A DNA stretch of 64,000 nt, taken from Heptranchias perlo (Eukaryota). The stretch lies in contig NC_090366.1 of NCBI RefSeq assembly GCF_035084215.1, positions 10,354,001 through 10,418,000 of the forward strand, given 5' to 3'. A program made the translations under genes and the position numbers. The notes beneath the pieces were generated by a model, which saw nothing but the letters and a program-made list of their open reading frames with translations, searched no databases and was not told the origin of the DNA. This document shows, piece by piece, positions 62,146-64,000 of the stretch. Within the stretch, counting starts at the first letter, position 1. Each line of letters opens with the position of its first letter.

Positions 62146-63144
62146 CTGTAAGAACAAGAGCAAACAGGCGAATTAGGATAATTTCAATCTTAAAACCGGG
62201 GAGTGGCCTGTAGCATCACTTTCATCTAAATCTGACAAAGAATTAAAACAATAATTCGCATTTTGTCTTTTATGTATCGCAAGTAGATTTGTTACTCTGA
62301 ATTATTCCTCGCAGTTATAAAATAGTTTAGTGCCTCATCGGATAATATATGGCCTCACTTAAATAACCATCAGTCGTGTTATCTCGTATATTATTGATAT
62401 AATGCATCTAATAGCTGTAGTCAAGTGAACCAGTCTTGCACGCAAAATTTAGAATCAACGTTCGATCTATAAATATAAGCAACGAGTGTGATAGAGAATA
62501 ATGCAGATTAGAAAGTTCCCAGATTCTGTTGCAAAGGAACTTCAGTACAGAAAGATGATGCTCAAGAATGGACAGGCCAGATAAACGACTCGTAACATAG
62601 TCCTGTGTCGGGGAACCGCAGCAGTTTACTCTCGTGTGAAACGCATTGAGCTTTCCGTAGGAAATTCATTTTGGCGACATGACATCAGAATCAACAAATA
62701 AATGACACAATGTGAAAACATTTTTAACATAACTTTAAAATTTACTTATTCATTCGGATCTAATTAAATACCATGTGCTGAGAATATGTATAGGCACGAA
62801 AAAGAAATTGCATTAATTTAGCGCCTTTGACGTCCTCGCGACGTCCAGAAACGCAACACAGAACAGTAATTTGAAGTGTAATGAGGAAGTCATTGACAAC
62901 GTAACACGCAGGAGATTATTGGAGAAGATATTAAGAAGTTAGCAATAAACGGTACTGCAGAAACTGAAAGAGGAACTGTTCAGAAGGGAGGAAGCAATGA
63001 ATCGAAGTCCTGTGCAGTTTCTCAGAATGCTTCACATGAGTACGGAGACCCACAAGGTTATGTTCAGGGTCTGCTTCTACTCATTGTGTACATCGATGAC
63101 TTGGATATGGTGGGAGAGGGAGTGATGTCCAAATTTCCCAATAG

Positions 63145-63603
63145 TAATTATAGCAGATGTAGGGGGTTATCATATGAGGAAAGGTTGGATAAGTTGGGCC
63201 TGTATACACAGGAGTTCAGAGGAATGAGATGTGATCTTATTGAAACATATCAGATCCTGAGCGGACTGGAAGGGGTAGGTGCTGAGAGGACGTTTCCCCT
63301 TGTGGGAGAGATGAAAAATTGGGGCCACAGTTTAAAAAATGGTCACCCATTTAAGACGGAGATAAGGAGATTTTTTTTCTCTGAGAGGGTCATGAGTCTG
63401 TGGAACTCCCTTCCCCAAAGAGCGGTGGAGGCAGGATTATTGAATATTTTTAAGGTTGAGTTCGACAGATTCCTGATTAACAAGGTAGTCAAAGGTTATA
63501 GTGGTTGAGGTCGCAATCAGATCAGAGATGAGCTTATCAAATGACAGAGCAGGCTCGAGGGCCCGAATGGCCTACTCGTGCTCTTAATTCGTATGTTCGG
63601 ATG
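63145..63603 (+). mobile_element. CR1 3' fragment inserted in an older CR1 remnant
   Basis: YEERLDKLGLY, DLIETY, ERVMSLWNSLP. The older remnant is uninterrupted in gene A (~28200-28600). Confidence 0.82.
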
Positions 63604-64000
63604 TGATTTTAACATTTGAAAATGGTGCAAAACTGGCAGCATCGGATCGTTTGCCGACTATACTTCCCGCCCATTTTACTTTCAATTATAATGAGAGGCT
63701 GATCCGATTCCGCCATTTTGACAGCCATGCCAAAGTTGAACGTCCCACACAGCAAATAACTCCCGGAACTAATGCGAGTTTCAGGGGGATAACGGAGAGA
63801 TTGGAGAATGCGGAAATAAGAGGCAGATAAATTTCACTCTCAGTAAACATGAGGTGACAGATTTTAGATTGAACACTGGAACGCCGGTTGATGTGGAAGG
63901 GCAGAGGAATTCGTGGGTTCAAGTGCACAAGACAGTAAACAGCAGCTCCAGTGGAAATGGGCAAGAACCAGCTGCAGGAGTGCTGGTTTTAACGGCAACA

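Overview
Eukaryotic genomic DNA, most likely from a cartilaginous fish; this is inferred from the repeat families (CR1, L2, Deu-domain SINE, Penelope, Harbinger) and from the GPR139-like gene type. The window holds a large tandem segmental duplication (unit 1 ~1-31 kb, unit 2 ~41.6 kb to beyond 64 kb). Each unit carries, on the minus strand, an unidentified decayed coding-like segment, a two-exon GPR139-like GPCR gene, a tRNA-His pseudogene and a Siglec/MAG/CD22-like Ig receptor gene. I reconstructed three Siglec-like paralogs by hand. Gene A (12789-30190) is an intact 8-exon, 543-aa V-C2-C2-C2-TM-ITIM protein that lacks the sialic-acid-binding Arg. Gene B (32440-37202) is a pseudogene. Gene C (55166-62145, 5' end outside the window) has one dead Ig exon, a Lys at the start of the TM and three Tyr motifs. 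The last intron of gene A contains a full-length 4.2-kb Harbinger transposon (intact transposase; 3-exon Myb/SANT partner with a premature stop) and a 2-kb deleted Harbinger nested in a CR1. The rest is mostly LINE/SINE/Penelope/LTR fragments and low-complexity DNA. TE boundaries are approximate unless TSDs are given.
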